From: Anaerolineae bacterium
GTDB taxonomy: Bacteria; Chloroflexota; Anaerolineae; Anaerolineales; UBA4823
DNA length: 64,000 nucleotides
Reading direction: 5' to 3'
Assembly (NCBI GenBank): GCA_041301185.1
Contig: JBFYSV010000202.1
Span: 8,620-72,619 of the forward strand
How positions within the stretch are numbered: position 1 is the stretch's first letter; every line of letters starts with the position of its first letter. Under the pieces are notes generated by a model that was given only the letters and a program-made list of their open reading frames with translations, did not search any database and was not told the origin of the DNA. The translations under genes and the position numbers were made by a program. Below, piece by piece: positions 27,269-36,089 of the stretch.

Positions 27269-27445
27269 ATGCCAAAGAGAACATATCAACCTAAGATTCG
27301 CCGCAGAGTGCGCGTCCATGGATTCCGAAATAAAATGGCGAACGCAGGAGGCCGTAAGGTTCTTAAGAGCCGCCGACTAAAAGGTCGTTACCGCTTGACG
27401 GTCTCCAAAAACAATCACGTGAAGAAAATCAATTGGAATAGCTAA
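27269..27445 (+). CDS. rpmH: 50S ribosomal protein L34 (C-terminally extended)
   Basis: Not in the ORF track (58 codons). Hand translation gives [58 protein letters not shown]. The first ~45 aa match the L34 consensus (KRTYQP...HGFR...GR.VL..RR.KGR..LTV). Confidence 0.9.
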   Translation: MPKRTYQPKIRRRVRVHGFRNKMANAGGRKVLKSRRLKGRYRLTVSKNNHVKKINWNS

Positions 27446-27507
27446 AGAGCGATGCACCTGGCAGGCGTTCCTTCTAATCCAGATCATGATTCGCATTAGA
27501 CCCATAG

Positions 27508-27861
27508 GTGAAGCGCAGGTTTCGACTGACCCAATCAGCCGATTTCAAGCGGGTGAGGCGCCTCGGCAAGTCTTATCCTCACCCGCTCATTGTGCTGGTT
27601 GCTATGCCTAATGATATCGATCATAGCCGGTTCGCAGTTGTCGCCGGACGAGTGGCAGGTAATGCCGTGCATCGAAACCGGGCGAAAAGGATTATTCGAG
27701 CCGTGCTGAATGATCTCCTCCCAGAAGTTACCCACGGATGGGATCTTGTATTCATTGCACGCCGTCCTATGCAGACTGCCAGTTATTGGCAAGCTCATGC
27801 ATCGATCAAGCAATTATTGGGGCGCGCCCAGTTATTGGTTTCTGATAAGAGTTATGAATAA
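27508..27861 (+). CDS. rnpA: Ribonuclease P protein component
   Basis: 117-aa ORF with a GTG start, sitting in the conserved position after rpmH. Motifs '[11 protein letters not shown]' and '[12 protein letters not shown]' (RNR motif) are present. Confidence 0.85.
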   Translation: MKRRFRLTQSADFKRVRRLGKSYPHPLIVLVAMPNDIDHSRFAVVAGRVAGNAVHRNRAKRIIRAVLNDLLPEVTHGWDLVFIARRPMQTASYWQAHASIKQLLGRAQLLVSDKSYE

Positions 27862-28141
27862 CTCCTTCGATCAAGAATATCAATCTGAGCCATCTCTGCG
27901 CGATTTGCCTCTGACAATTCTCAACGTGCCGCGACTTCTGCTGCTCGCGCTTATTCGCCTCTACCAGATGACACTCTCGCGCGGATTGCCTCCGAACACC
28001 TGCCGCTTCTACCCATCTTGCTCCCACTATGGCTACCAGGCCATTTATAAACATGGAGTAATCAAAGGCGGTATCATGGCTGCCTGGCGGGTTATCCGCT
28101 GCAATCCATTCAACCCGGGAGGCTATGATCCCGTCCAATAG
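27854..28141 (+). CDS. yidD: Membrane protein insertion efficiency factor YidD
   Basis: The ATG at 27854 overlaps the rnpA stop. '[38 protein letters not shown]...[16 protein letters not shown]' is the YidD signature. The track ORF from 27710 is an upstream extension. Confidence 0.85.
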   Translation: MNNSFDQEYQSEPSLRDLPLTILNVPRLLLLALIRLYQMTLSRGLPPNTCRFYPSCSHYGYQAIYKHGVIKGGIMAAWRVIRCNPFNPGGYDPVQ

Positions 28142-28223
28142 CAACCCTGGTCTATGAGCTAAAACAAAACTGGTGACATGGCTGGCGTTCATCATGCCTG
28201 GGTAAATAGAATTAGACAAAAAC

Positions 28224-29300
28224 ATGAAATTAAAAACAGCTTCCATATTGCTCTTCTTTACGATCGCATCCATAACCCTTGCGGGTTGTACTGGAGCAAC
28301 CAACGCCGCGTCGAGCTGGCCCGGGTTGAACGCAGACCAGGAACATGCATACGTTGCATTCAATCAGTTCGTTTATGCAATCAATCTCAGCAATGGTCTT
28401 GAAAAATGGCGTTTTCCGATCGAAGCGGATAACAAAGTCTCGTTTTACGCAACCCCTGAACTGAGCCAGGATGGCCAGTTACTGGTGGGTGATTACAGCA
28501 ATAAGCTGCACAGCCTGAATCCTGCCACTGGAACTGAGAACTGGCTCTTCGATGACGCGACAGACCGGTATATCAGTGGAGCGCTGGCCTTTAATGACCG
28601 CATCTATGCTGCCAATAATGGGCATCAACTTTACGCGCTTGATCCATCCGGAAATCTCTTGTGGGAGTTTGAAACGGAAGGTCCATTGTGGGCCAAACCG
28701 ACCACCGATGAACGCTGCGATTGCATCTATTTGCCATCGATGGATCACCACATGTATGCGGTGGTCGCTGAAACCGGCGAGTTAAAATGGCAGTCTGAGT
28801 CACTTGGCGGGTCTATTGTCGGGAACCCCACAATGAATGAAGCAGGGAGGATATTCTTCGGCACGTTTGGTAGTGAAATATTGGCTTTAGACTCCCAAAC
28901 GGGCGCTTCTGTCTGGCGGACGCCAACTTCAGAGTGGGTATGGGGCGGACCGCAGCTCTACCAGGATCAATTATTCGTAGGCGATCTGGGGGGAACATTT
29001 TATGCCCTGGATTCTAATACCGGCACGATTGAGTGGCAAAAACAATTGGACGGGAGCATTACAGCCTCCCCCTTGGTCACGGATGACGCCATTTATATCC
29101 CTACAGAAAATGGCATTTTATACGCTCTTGATCTCAATGGCAACAATCTGTGGAACAAGCAATTTGAAACCAAACTGCATACAACCCCTGTCATCTCCGG
29201 TGATCTAATCCTGGTTGCCGCCAACGGAGGCGATGAGCTACTCTACGCATTGGAGACAAATGGAAATCAAAAATGGGTATTTATCCCAGAGAAGAAATAG
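28224..29300 (+). CDS. PQQ-like (BamB-type) beta-propeller repeat lipoprotein
   Basis: 358-aa ORF with a signal peptide and lipobox 'LAGC'. It has repeated 'G.L.ALD..TG...W' blades (e.g. 'LHSLNPATGTENW','MYAVVAETGELKW','ILALDSQTGASVW','FYALDSNTGTIEW'). Confidence 0.75.
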   Translation: MKLKTASILLFFTIASITLAGCTGATNAASSWPGLNADQEHAYVAFNQFVYAINLSNGLEKWRFPIEADNKVSFYATPELSQDGQLLVGDYSNKLHSLNPATGTENWLFDDATDRYISGALAFNDRIYAANNGHQLYALDPSGNLLWEFETEGPLWAKPTTDERCDCIYLPSMDHHMYAVVAETGELKWQSESLGGSIVGNPTMNEAGRIFFGTFGSEILALDSQTGASVWRTPTSEWVWGGPQLYQDQLFVGDLGGTFYALDSNTGTIEWQKQLDGSITASPLVTDDAIYIPTENGILYALDLNGNNLWNKQFETKLHTTPVISGDLILVAANGGDELLYALETNGNQKWVFIPEKK

Positions 29301-29313
29301 GCGGACCTAACCT

Positions 29314-30096
29314 ATGTGGGATTTACTGATTATCAATCCAATGGTTAATACCCTGTTGGGGATCTACGCGGTCCTTAGCCGGGTGTTTGGACCAGAGAAT
29401 ATGTTCGGTCTGGCTATCATTTTCTTTACAATCCTCATCCGCCTGATCACTTATCCGCTTACCATACAGCAGATGAAGGGCGCTCAGGGTATGCAGGAGA
29501 TGCAAAAATCAAAGAAATGGCAGGAAATCCAGAAGAAGTACAAGGACAATCGGGAAAAGCTGGCTCAAGAGCAGATGGCGCTTTACAAAGAAATGGGGAT
29601 TAGCCCATTTAGCTCCTGCCTACCAACCTTAATCCAATTCCCGATTATCATCGGACTTTACCAGGCTATCATCCGATGTCTAGCAGTAACACCTGTCCAG
29701 CTGCTCGATCTATCCAAGCATATCTATCCGTTCATCGATGGCGCTGCTCTGATCCCCTTGAACAATCAATTCCTGTGGATGAATCTAAGCCAACCTGAGC
29801 GCTTGTACATATTCGGCATCGGCATTCCAGTGCTGGCAATCATCGTGGTGATTACCACCTACATGCAATCCAAGCTGATGACCCCGCCTGCTCAACCCGG
29901 CGAACAGGGAGCCCAGATTTCTCAGGCGATGAACCTGTATATGCCTTTCTTAATGGGCTGGCTGGCATATTCATTCTCTTCTGGTCTCTCCCTATATTTT
30001 GTGACCAGCAACGTCGTAGGCATCTTACAATACGCCGCCATGGGAAAAGTAAATTGGCGCAACCTGATCCCTTCGCTGCCGAAAAGAACTCGCTAA
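29314..30096 (+). CDS. yidC: Membrane protein insertase YidC (short, monoderm type)
   Basis: 260-aa ORF with 'GLAIIFFTILIRLITYPLT..Q', 'MQEMQ', 'LYKE.GISP..SCLPTLIQFPI' and 'MPFLMGW' motifs. It lacks a large periplasmic P1 domain. Confidence 0.85.
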   Translation: MWDLLIINPMVNTLLGIYAVLSRVFGPENMFGLAIIFFTILIRLITYPLTIQQMKGAQGMQEMQKSKKWQEIQKKYKDNREKLAQEQMALYKEMGISPFSSCLPTLIQFPIIIGLYQAIIRCLAVTPVQLLDLSKHIYPFIDGAALIPLNNQFLWMNLSQPERLYIFGIGIPVLAIIVVITTYMQSKLMTPPAQPGEQGAQISQAMNLYMPFLMGWLAYSFSSGLSLYFVTSNVVGILQYAAMGKVNWRNLIPSLPKRTR

Positions 30097-30131
30097 TGGG
30101 TATGTGAATCCGCAATTATTACGAGGCAGAT

Positions 30132-30920
30132 ATGGAAAATCGAGCTACATTAGAGGTAATTGCTCCTACAATTGAAGAAGCTATCGCGAAAGGCATCGAT
30201 GAGCTAGGTGTACCGGAGGAAGCAGTTGATATCGAAATTCTTGACCCGGGTAGCAAGGGTTTATTCGGGATCGGCTCCCGTCAAGCCAGGGTACGGCTGG
30301 TCGTAAAATCCGATTCTCAACCCGGAGGGGTGACTGATAAGGCACCTGTAACTTGGATAAGCCAACAACCAAGCGTCTCTGCAGAAGCAATGCCTGCAAC
30401 CTTAGAGGAGAGTGCTACCAGCGACTATTCCGGGCAGACAGCAGACAAAGAAGATATCACCCTGTACGTTGCCAGAGAAACCGTGGTCGAGCTTCTGGAG
30501 AAAATGAAAGTCCGGGCAACAGTAAAAGCATACTATGGTGAACCAGACGAAGCCCAGAGCCGCGCCCCGGTATGTGTTGATATCAATGGCAAGGATCTCA
30601 GTATCCTGATCGGCAGACAATCCGAGACGCTTAATGCCCTGCAATATATATCCAGCCTGATTGCAAGTAAAGAACTTGGTCACTCAATACCCCTGGTAGT
30701 TGACGTCGAAGGGTATCGCAAAAGACGACAGCAGCAAATCCGCTATCTGGCTCGGCGAATGGCAGAGCAAGCCGTGAAGACCGGTCGGCGGCAGATTTTA
30801 GAACCTATGCCCGCAAACGAGCGGCGGATCGTGCATATTGAGCTGCGTGATAATCAGTCTGTAACCACCGAAAGTGTTGGTGAAGAGCCTCGGCGTAAAG
30901 TGACCGTAATACCAAAATAA
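30132..30920 (+). CDS. jag: Jag/KhpB RNA-binding protein (Jag_N + KH + R3H)
   Basis: 262-aa ORF in the conserved position after yidC. It has an N-terminal 'TIEEAIAKGIDELGV' and the C-terminal R3H motif 'LEPMPANERRIVHIEL'. Confidence 0.85.
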   Translation: MENRATLEVIAPTIEEAIAKGIDELGVPEEAVDIEILDPGSKGLFGIGSRQARVRLVVKSDSQPGGVTDKAPVTWISQQPSVSAEAMPATLEESATSDYSGQTADKEDITLYVARETVVELLEKMKVRATVKAYYGEPDEAQSRAPVCVDINGKDLSILIGRQSETLNALQYISSLIASKELGHSIPLVVDVEGYRKRRQQQIRYLARRMAEQAVKTGRRQILEPMPANERRIVHIELRDNQSVTTESVGEEPRRKVTVIPK

Positions 30921-30958
30921 GTCATTCTTCGGCTTCGATTTTTCTAAAGTGTAATCAA

Positions 30959-30988
30959 CCCCGTCAATTGCTTACTGACGGGGTTTTC
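30959..30988 (+). terminator. Rho-independent terminator after jag
   Basis: CCCCGTCA (30959-30966), 9-nt loop, TGACGGGG (30976-30983), then TTTT. Confidence 0.65.
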
Positions 30989-31032
30989 CTATGCTTCGTC
31001 ATCCGGGTGGACTCTTCGTGTATAATTCAAGT

Positions 31033-31881
31033 ATGCGCCAGATCACTCCACTTGAGCCAGTTGATTATTTAGTCCTCGGGCACATCACCATCGATCAAAC
31101 GCCACAAGGACCGCGCCTCGGCGGTGGGGTTACATATTCCGCCCTTACAGCCCGAGCGTTAGGTCTGCGAGTTGGCATTGTAACTTCCTGGGGGCAAGAA
31201 ATTCCTCTTGGACTCCTGAGCGATATACCTATCATTAACTATCCTAGCGAAACCAGCACCACTTTCGAGAATATCTCCAAAGGCAATACTCGAGAGCAAT
31301 ATATCCACTCCACCGCATCCAGCCTTTACCTGAACACGATCCCTGACCCGTGGCGTAGCGCCCCAATCGTTCATCTGGCTCCTGTCGCTCAGGAAGTAGA
31401 TCCTTCATTAGTGCGTAATTTTCCCACGGCGTTGATTGCCGTTACCCCCCAGGGCTGGTTGCGCACCTGGGATAGAGCAAAGGTAGTTCAATCAACCGAA
31501 TGGCCTGAGGCATCCTTCGTGTTGCAAAGAGCAGGCGCAGCGGTTATCAGCATCAATGATGTTGATAACGACGAGACCCGAATTGAAGAAATGGCAACTG
31601 CCTGCCGCGTTTTAGCTGTAACCGAGGGTGCCAGGGGAACCCGCCTCTATTGGAATGGAGATATCCGCCGCTTTCGCCCGCCAGAGGTCAATGAGATCGA
31701 TAGCGTTGGCGCAGGTGATATTTTTGCGGCGGCATTTTTCGTTCGCCTATACACAACCCGCGATCCCTGGGAATCCGCCAGGTTTGCTACTCTTTTATCT
31801 GCATATTCCGTTACACGATCCGGCCTGGAGAGCATCCCCACCAGTGAGGAGATCCAGGAGTCCTTGGTTGAGGTATTTTAA
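31033..31881 (+). CDS. PfkB-family carbohydrate kinase
   Basis: The ORF is open from 30991, but that ATG abuts the terminator. The ATG at 31033 (MRQITPLEP) is more plausible. 'GGGVTYSA' and the C-terminal 'DSVGAGDIFAAAF' motif match the PfkB family. Confidence 0.7.
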   Translation: MRQITPLEPVDYLVLGHITIDQTPQGPRLGGGVTYSALTARALGLRVGIVTSWGQEIPLGLLSDIPIINYPSETSTTFENISKGNTREQYIHSTASSLYLNTIPDPWRSAPIVHLAPVAQEVDPSLVRNFPTALIAVTPQGWLRTWDRAKVVQSTEWPEASFVLQRAGAAVISINDVDNDETRIEEMATACRVLAVTEGARGTRLYWNGDIRRFRPPEVNEIDSVGAGDIFAAAFFVRLYTTRDPWESARFATLLSAYSVTRSGLESIPTSEEIQESLVEVF

Positions 31882-31884
31882 CGA

Positions 31885-32676
31885 ATGGGGTATGTCTATA
31901 CGCTAGTCAACCAAAAAGGCGGGGTGGGGAAGACCACCACCGCCATCAACCTGGGTGCGTACCTGGCGTATTATGGACAGCGGGTTCTGATCGTTGACCT
32001 CGATCCTCAGGCAAACGCCACCTCCAGCTTGAAAATCGACAAAAATACGGTTCGTGGCGGCACATACGAGGCGCTCATTCGATCCTCTACTCTCAGCCAT
32101 CATATTCTGCATAACCCGCGCTTGAAGCTATCCCTGCTCCCCTCCTCCCCTGCCCTGGCAGGTGCTGAAGTTGAATTGGTGAATGAACTTGCCAGGGAGA
32201 CCCGCTTGAAGAAAGCTCTCGATCCAATCCTGGATCGCTATGATTATATTCTTATCGATTGCCCGCCATCACTTGGCTTATTGACTCTGAATGGGATTGT
32301 TGCTGCCCTGGATGGCGTCATTATCCCGGTTCAGTGTGAATACCTGGCGCTCGAGGGATTGAGCCAGCTCACCCAAACCTTAAATCGCGTCCGGTCTGCA
32401 ATCTTTCCAGCTCTGAAGGTCTTTGGGGTGGTTTTAACCATGTATGACGGGAGGACAAATTTGGCGAATGATGTGGTTAGCGAGGTCCGGCGCTATTTCT
32501 CCGACCGGGTATTCCAAAGTCTGATTCCCCGCAGTGTTCGCCTGGCTGAAGCACCCTCCTATGGACAACCGATCACTGTATACGCGCCACAATCGAGCGG
32601 TGCAGAAGCCTATGCTGCCCTTGCCAGGGAAGTTCTGGAATTAAACGGTGTCCGTATCCCCACACTACAGGCTTAA
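31885..32676 (+). CDS. parA: Chromosome partitioning ATPase ParA/Soj
   Basis: 263-aa ORF with deviant Walker A 'NQKGGVGKTTT', 'DLDPQANAT' and 'ILIDCPPSLG'. Confidence 0.9.
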   Translation: MGYVYTLVNQKGGVGKTTTAINLGAYLAYYGQRVLIVDLDPQANATSSLKIDKNTVRGGTYEALIRSSTLSHHILHNPRLKLSLLPSSPALAGAEVELVNELARETRLKKALDPILDRYDYILIDCPPSLGLLTLNGIVAALDGVIIPVQCEYLALEGLSQLTQTLNRVRSAIFPALKVFGVVLTMYDGRTNLANDVVSEVRRYFSDRVFQSLIPRSVRLAEAPSYGQPITVYAPQSSGAEAYAALAREVLELNGVRIPTLQA

Positions 32677-32682
32677 CTTACT

Positions 32683-33540
32683 ATGACCCGAAAAACTGGA
32701 CTTGGGCGAGGCTTAGATGCTCTGATCCCCGGGGGCGAACCACCCTCCACGGGTGTTATTGAAATACCAGTAAATCTGATCACTCCAAACCCGAGACAGC
32801 CACGCAGTCGCTTCGACGCCGAGGAATTATCTGAGCTGGCTGACTCCATAAAAGAGCACGGTGTCCTTCAACCGATCATCGTATCTTTTGATGAACATGA
32901 CTCCCAATATGTGCTGATTGCCGGTGAAAGGCGCTGGATGGCAGCTCGACAAGCCGGTCTGGAATCGATTCCATCCATAGTGCGCGAAGTCAACGATCAG
33001 CAGCGCGTCGAGCTGGCTTTGATCGAGAACGTCCAACGTTCCGATCTCAGCCCCCTGGAAGCGGCCGAAGCATATCACCAGTTAAGTGAAGAGTTTGCAC
33101 TGTCTCATGATCAAATTTCTACAAGAGTAGGGAAAAGCCGCACCACGATTACCAACACTCTCCGGCTCTTAAAACTCCCAATAGATGTAAAAACCGCCCT
33201 GGCCGAAGACCGGATTAGCGAAGGGCATGCCAGGGCGTTGCTGTCCTTGAACAATCCACAGGCCCAGACCGCAGCCTTGCAGACCATCCTGGCAAAAGAC
33301 CTGACAGTGCGCCAGACGGAACAACTGGTACGAAAGCTGAGTGGAGAGAAGCCGGCACCGGTTCCCAAACCGACGGCTGCGCCAGAAATTTTATCCCTGG
33401 AAGAACAATTGCGCTCGCGGTTGGGTACAAAAGTGAAAGTCAACCCCCGCAAAAAGGGCGGCTCAATTGTTATTCATTATTTTTCAACCGAAGAGCTCAA
33501 TTCATTGCTGGACCTCCTCCTCGGAAATTCACAAGACTGA
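32683..33540 (+). CDS. parB: Chromosome partitioning protein ParB/Spo0J
   Basis: 285-aa ORF with 'GLGRGLDALI', 'NPRQPR', 'GVLQPIIV', 'LIAGERRWMAA' and HTH 'SHDQISTRVGKSRTTITNTLRLLKLP'. Confidence 0.9.
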   Translation: MTRKTGLGRGLDALIPGGEPPSTGVIEIPVNLITPNPRQPRSRFDAEELSELADSIKEHGVLQPIIVSFDEHDSQYVLIAGERRWMAARQAGLESIPSIVREVNDQQRVELALIENVQRSDLSPLEAAEAYHQLSEEFALSHDQISTRVGKSRTTITNTLRLLKLPIDVKTALAEDRISEGHARALLSLNNPQAQTAALQTILAKDLTVRQTEQLVRKLSGEKPAPVPKPTAAPEILSLEEQLRSRLGTKVKVNPRKKGGSIVIHYFSTEELNSLLDLLLGNSQD

Positions 33541-33557
33541 CCAACGCAGGACATTCT

Positions 33558-35141
33558 ATGCTGGCTATCACTAACGCTAACATCTATACTTTTGACGCGG
33601 CTCAACCCTGTGTCGAGGCTCTACTGATTGACCGGGGTAATGTAATCTTAGCAGGGAGCAATGACTTAATCACATCCGAGATAAAAGCAGGAGATACCAG
33701 ACAAGACCTGGATGGTCTCACAATAATCCCCGGGCTGACAGATGCCCATATCCATCTCGAACTGTACGCATTTTCTCTGCAAAAGGTGGATTGTGAAACG
33801 GATACGAAAGAAGAGTGCCTGCGGCGTGTGAAGGATCGCTCTCTGCGTGCTTCCCAGGGAGAATGGATCCTGGGGCATGGTTGGAACCAGAATAACTGGC
33901 ATGCGGGTTTTGGCACAAATGCAGACCTGGATGCCATCACCACCACCAACCCGATTTATCTCACCGCAAAATCACTACATGCCGGATGGGCAAACTCCCA
34001 GGCGTTACGACTGGCAAATATTACTCCCAACACACCAAACCCCCCAGGCGGTCAGATTGGCCGAGATGCTAAAGGTAATCCGAATGGTATCGTCTTTGAG
34101 AGTGCCATGGAGCTTGTCGCCCGGGTAATTCCGGAACCGAGCATAGAACAAACCGTTCAAGCAATCCAGGCTGCCCAGGTCATTTTGTGGCAAGCCGGTA
34201 TTACAGCAGTGCATGATTTTGATCGCCGGCGTTGTTTCCAGGCGTTACAAATCCTGCACAATCGCGGCGAGCTTGGAATCCGGGTTTTGAAGAGTATCCC
34301 GCTAGAAGACCTGCCCCACGTTATTGCGCTTGGCATCCGCAGCGGATTTGGCGATGACTTTCTTCGCATTGGCAGTCTGAAGGCATTTGCAGATGGCGCC
34401 CTTGGTCCCCACACCGCGGCGATGCTTCAACCTTATGCAGACGATCCCAGAAACCGGGGTATGTTGCTCCTTGACCGGGAAGAGTTAGCCGAACAAGGTC
34501 GCCAGGCGGTCGAGAATGGGATCAGCCTGGCAGTCCATGCAATTGGCGACCTTGCAAATCATGAAGTTCTGGATGCTTTCGAACAGATTCGTTTGTTCGA
34601 GCGCCAGCAAGGCCTTCCTGAATTACGCCATCGCATTGAGCATGTCCAGCTCATCCACCCACAGGATGTTAACCGCCTTGCGAGACTCAAGATTATTGCC
34701 TCCATGCAACCCATCCATGCAACCTCAGATATGCTAATGGCTGACCGCTTCTGGGGTGGACGTTCCAGGCTGGCCTACGCCTGGCGCAGCCAGCTCGATC
34801 ATGGAGCAATACTTGCTTTTGGATCCGATGCGCCGGTCGAATCTCCCAACCCGTTTTGGGGACTTCATGCAGCAGTCACCCGCCAGAGACCGGATGGGAC
34901 ACCATCTGCAGATGGATGGTATCCTGCCCAAAGACTGAGCCTGACCGAGGCAATCCAGGCGTATACCCGCGGCGCAGCCCATACCGCCGGTATGGAATCT
35001 CGCCTGGGCAGGCTGGCGCCCGGATACCTGGCAGACTTGATTGTCTTGCCATCCGATCCATTCAAGGTAGCACCCAATCAAATACGGGACTTGCGTCCCG
35101 TATCAACCATGGTATCTGGTAATTGGGTATTCCAAAGCTAA
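33558..35141 (+). CDS. Amidohydrolase-family (Amidohydro_3, YtcJ-like) metal-dependent hydrolase
   Basis: 527-aa ORF with 'PGLTDAHIHL', 'KAFADGALG', 'AVHAIGD', 'RIEHVQL' and 'GSDAPVE' metal-ligand motifs. Confidence 0.8.
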   Translation: MLAITNANIYTFDAAQPCVEALLIDRGNVILAGSNDLITSEIKAGDTRQDLDGLTIIPGLTDAHIHLELYAFSLQKVDCETDTKEECLRRVKDRSLRASQGEWILGHGWNQNNWHAGFGTNADLDAITTTNPIYLTAKSLHAGWANSQALRLANITPNTPNPPGGQIGRDAKGNPNGIVFESAMELVARVIPEPSIEQTVQAIQAAQVILWQAGITAVHDFDRRRCFQALQILHNRGELGIRVLKSIPLEDLPHVIALGIRSGFGDDFLRIGSLKAFADGALGPHTAAMLQPYADDPRNRGMLLLDREELAEQGRQAVENGISLAVHAIGDLANHEVLDAFEQIRLFERQQGLPELRHRIEHVQLIHPQDVNRLARLKIIASMQPIHATSDMLMADRFWGGRSRLAYAWRSQLDHGAILAFGSDAPVESPNPFWGLHAAVTRQRPDGTPSADGWYPAQRLSLTEAIQAYTRGAAHTAGMESRLGRLAPGYLADLIVLPSDPFKVAPNQIRDLRPVSTMVSGNWVFQS

Positions 35142-35162
35142 AGTGAATCCCAGGCGAGCTTA

Positions 35163-35852
35163 CTAATCCCCAAATCGATATCCAGTCCCCCACACTGTCT
35201 GGATATATCGCGGCTGGGATGGATCTAGCTCGACTTTTTTCCTCAGCCGGCGGACTGTTGCCTCGATCATATTCATATCCGCCCCGGTAGACATATAACC
35301 CCAAACATTATGCAACAGATCCTCTTTACTCAGTACGATCCCGGCATTTTGCATCAGGTATTTTAGTAATTGAAATTCCAACGGGGAGACAGGGATGCTT
35401 TTTTCTCGGAAGATCACCCGTTGAGCATCCAGGTCCAGGGTCAGGCTATCGAAAGCCAGTTTCCGTCGTGAGAATTGCTTGTATCCATTCGATCGGCGCA
35501 GCAAAGCCTGGACGCGGGCAATCATCTCCCGTGGGCGGATGGGTTTGACAACATAATCGTCAGCACCAGCCTCGATGCCTGCAACAACATCCTCTTCTCT
35601 GCCTCTACCAGTAACCAACAAGATCGGGAGCGAAGAGTTATCCCGCATGATTTTACACACCTGCAATCCATTCATCCTGGGCATTATTACATCCAGGATT
35701 GCAAGATCGATCGGAGTTGTCCGCAGCACTTCAAGCGCCTGCACACCGTTATCAGCAAAAACTACCTCAAACCCCGCGGCTTCAAGTGTTAATCCTACAC
35801 TCTGTTGGATATCGAGATCGTCATCAGCAAACAGGATAGTCGTTTTTATCAC
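35163..35852 (-). CDS. OmpR/PhoB-family response regulator (orphan, no adjacent kinase)
   Basis: 229-aa ORF with a GTG start and GGAG upstream. It has a REC domain ('ILFADDD','LAILDVIMP','KP') and a winged helix ('LSPLEFQLLKYLM','IQTVWGTGYRF'). Confidence 0.9.
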   Translation of the reverse strand: MIKTTILFADDDLDIQQSVGLTLEAAGFEVVFADNGVQALEVLRTTPIDLAILDVIMPRMNGLQVCKIMRDNSSLPILLVTGRGREEDVVAGIEAGADDYVVKPIRPREMIARVQALLRRSNGYKQFSRRKLAFDSLTLDLDAQRVIFREKSIPVSPLEFQLLKYLMQNAGIVLSKEDLLHNVWGYMSTGADMNMIEATVRRLRKKVELDPSQPRYIQTVWGTGYRFGD

Positions 35853-35942
35853 CCCACAAACTCCTGAAAATGTCTCCGTTGCTATTCAGCCCAAGCAATT
35901 TGCTGTGATGCCAAATTAAAGAACGCAATGGCTCTTGACTTG

Positions 35943-35969
35943 TTACACTTATTTACAATTTCCTGACAA
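35943..35969 (-). promoter_or_regulatory. Three direct hexamer repeats at helical spacing upstream of the OmpR-family regulator gene
   Basis: On the minus strand: TTGTCA (35969-35964), 11 nt on TTGTAA (35958-35953), 10 nt on GTGTAA (35948-35943). They lie about 90-117 nt upstream of the regulator start. Confidence 0.35.
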
Positions 35970-36089
35970 TCACCTTGCAATTTTGTTAGGTTCTACCATC
36001 CCCCAAACCGGCATGTGAAATATGATTAACCAAACTGCATGCCTGTTTTTTTTGTTGTTTCCTGCTCTCTTGCTATGATAATCAATAAC

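Noticed and set aside
27193-33540. Possible replication origin, because rpmH-rnpA-yidD-yidC-jag and parA-parB are classic oriC neighbours
   Set aside because: No dnaA or dnaN gene is present in the window. I saw no cluster of TTATCCACA-like boxes or an AT-rich unwinding region in the intergenic gaps. All gaps here are short, and the flanking gene orientation is convergent rather than divergent.
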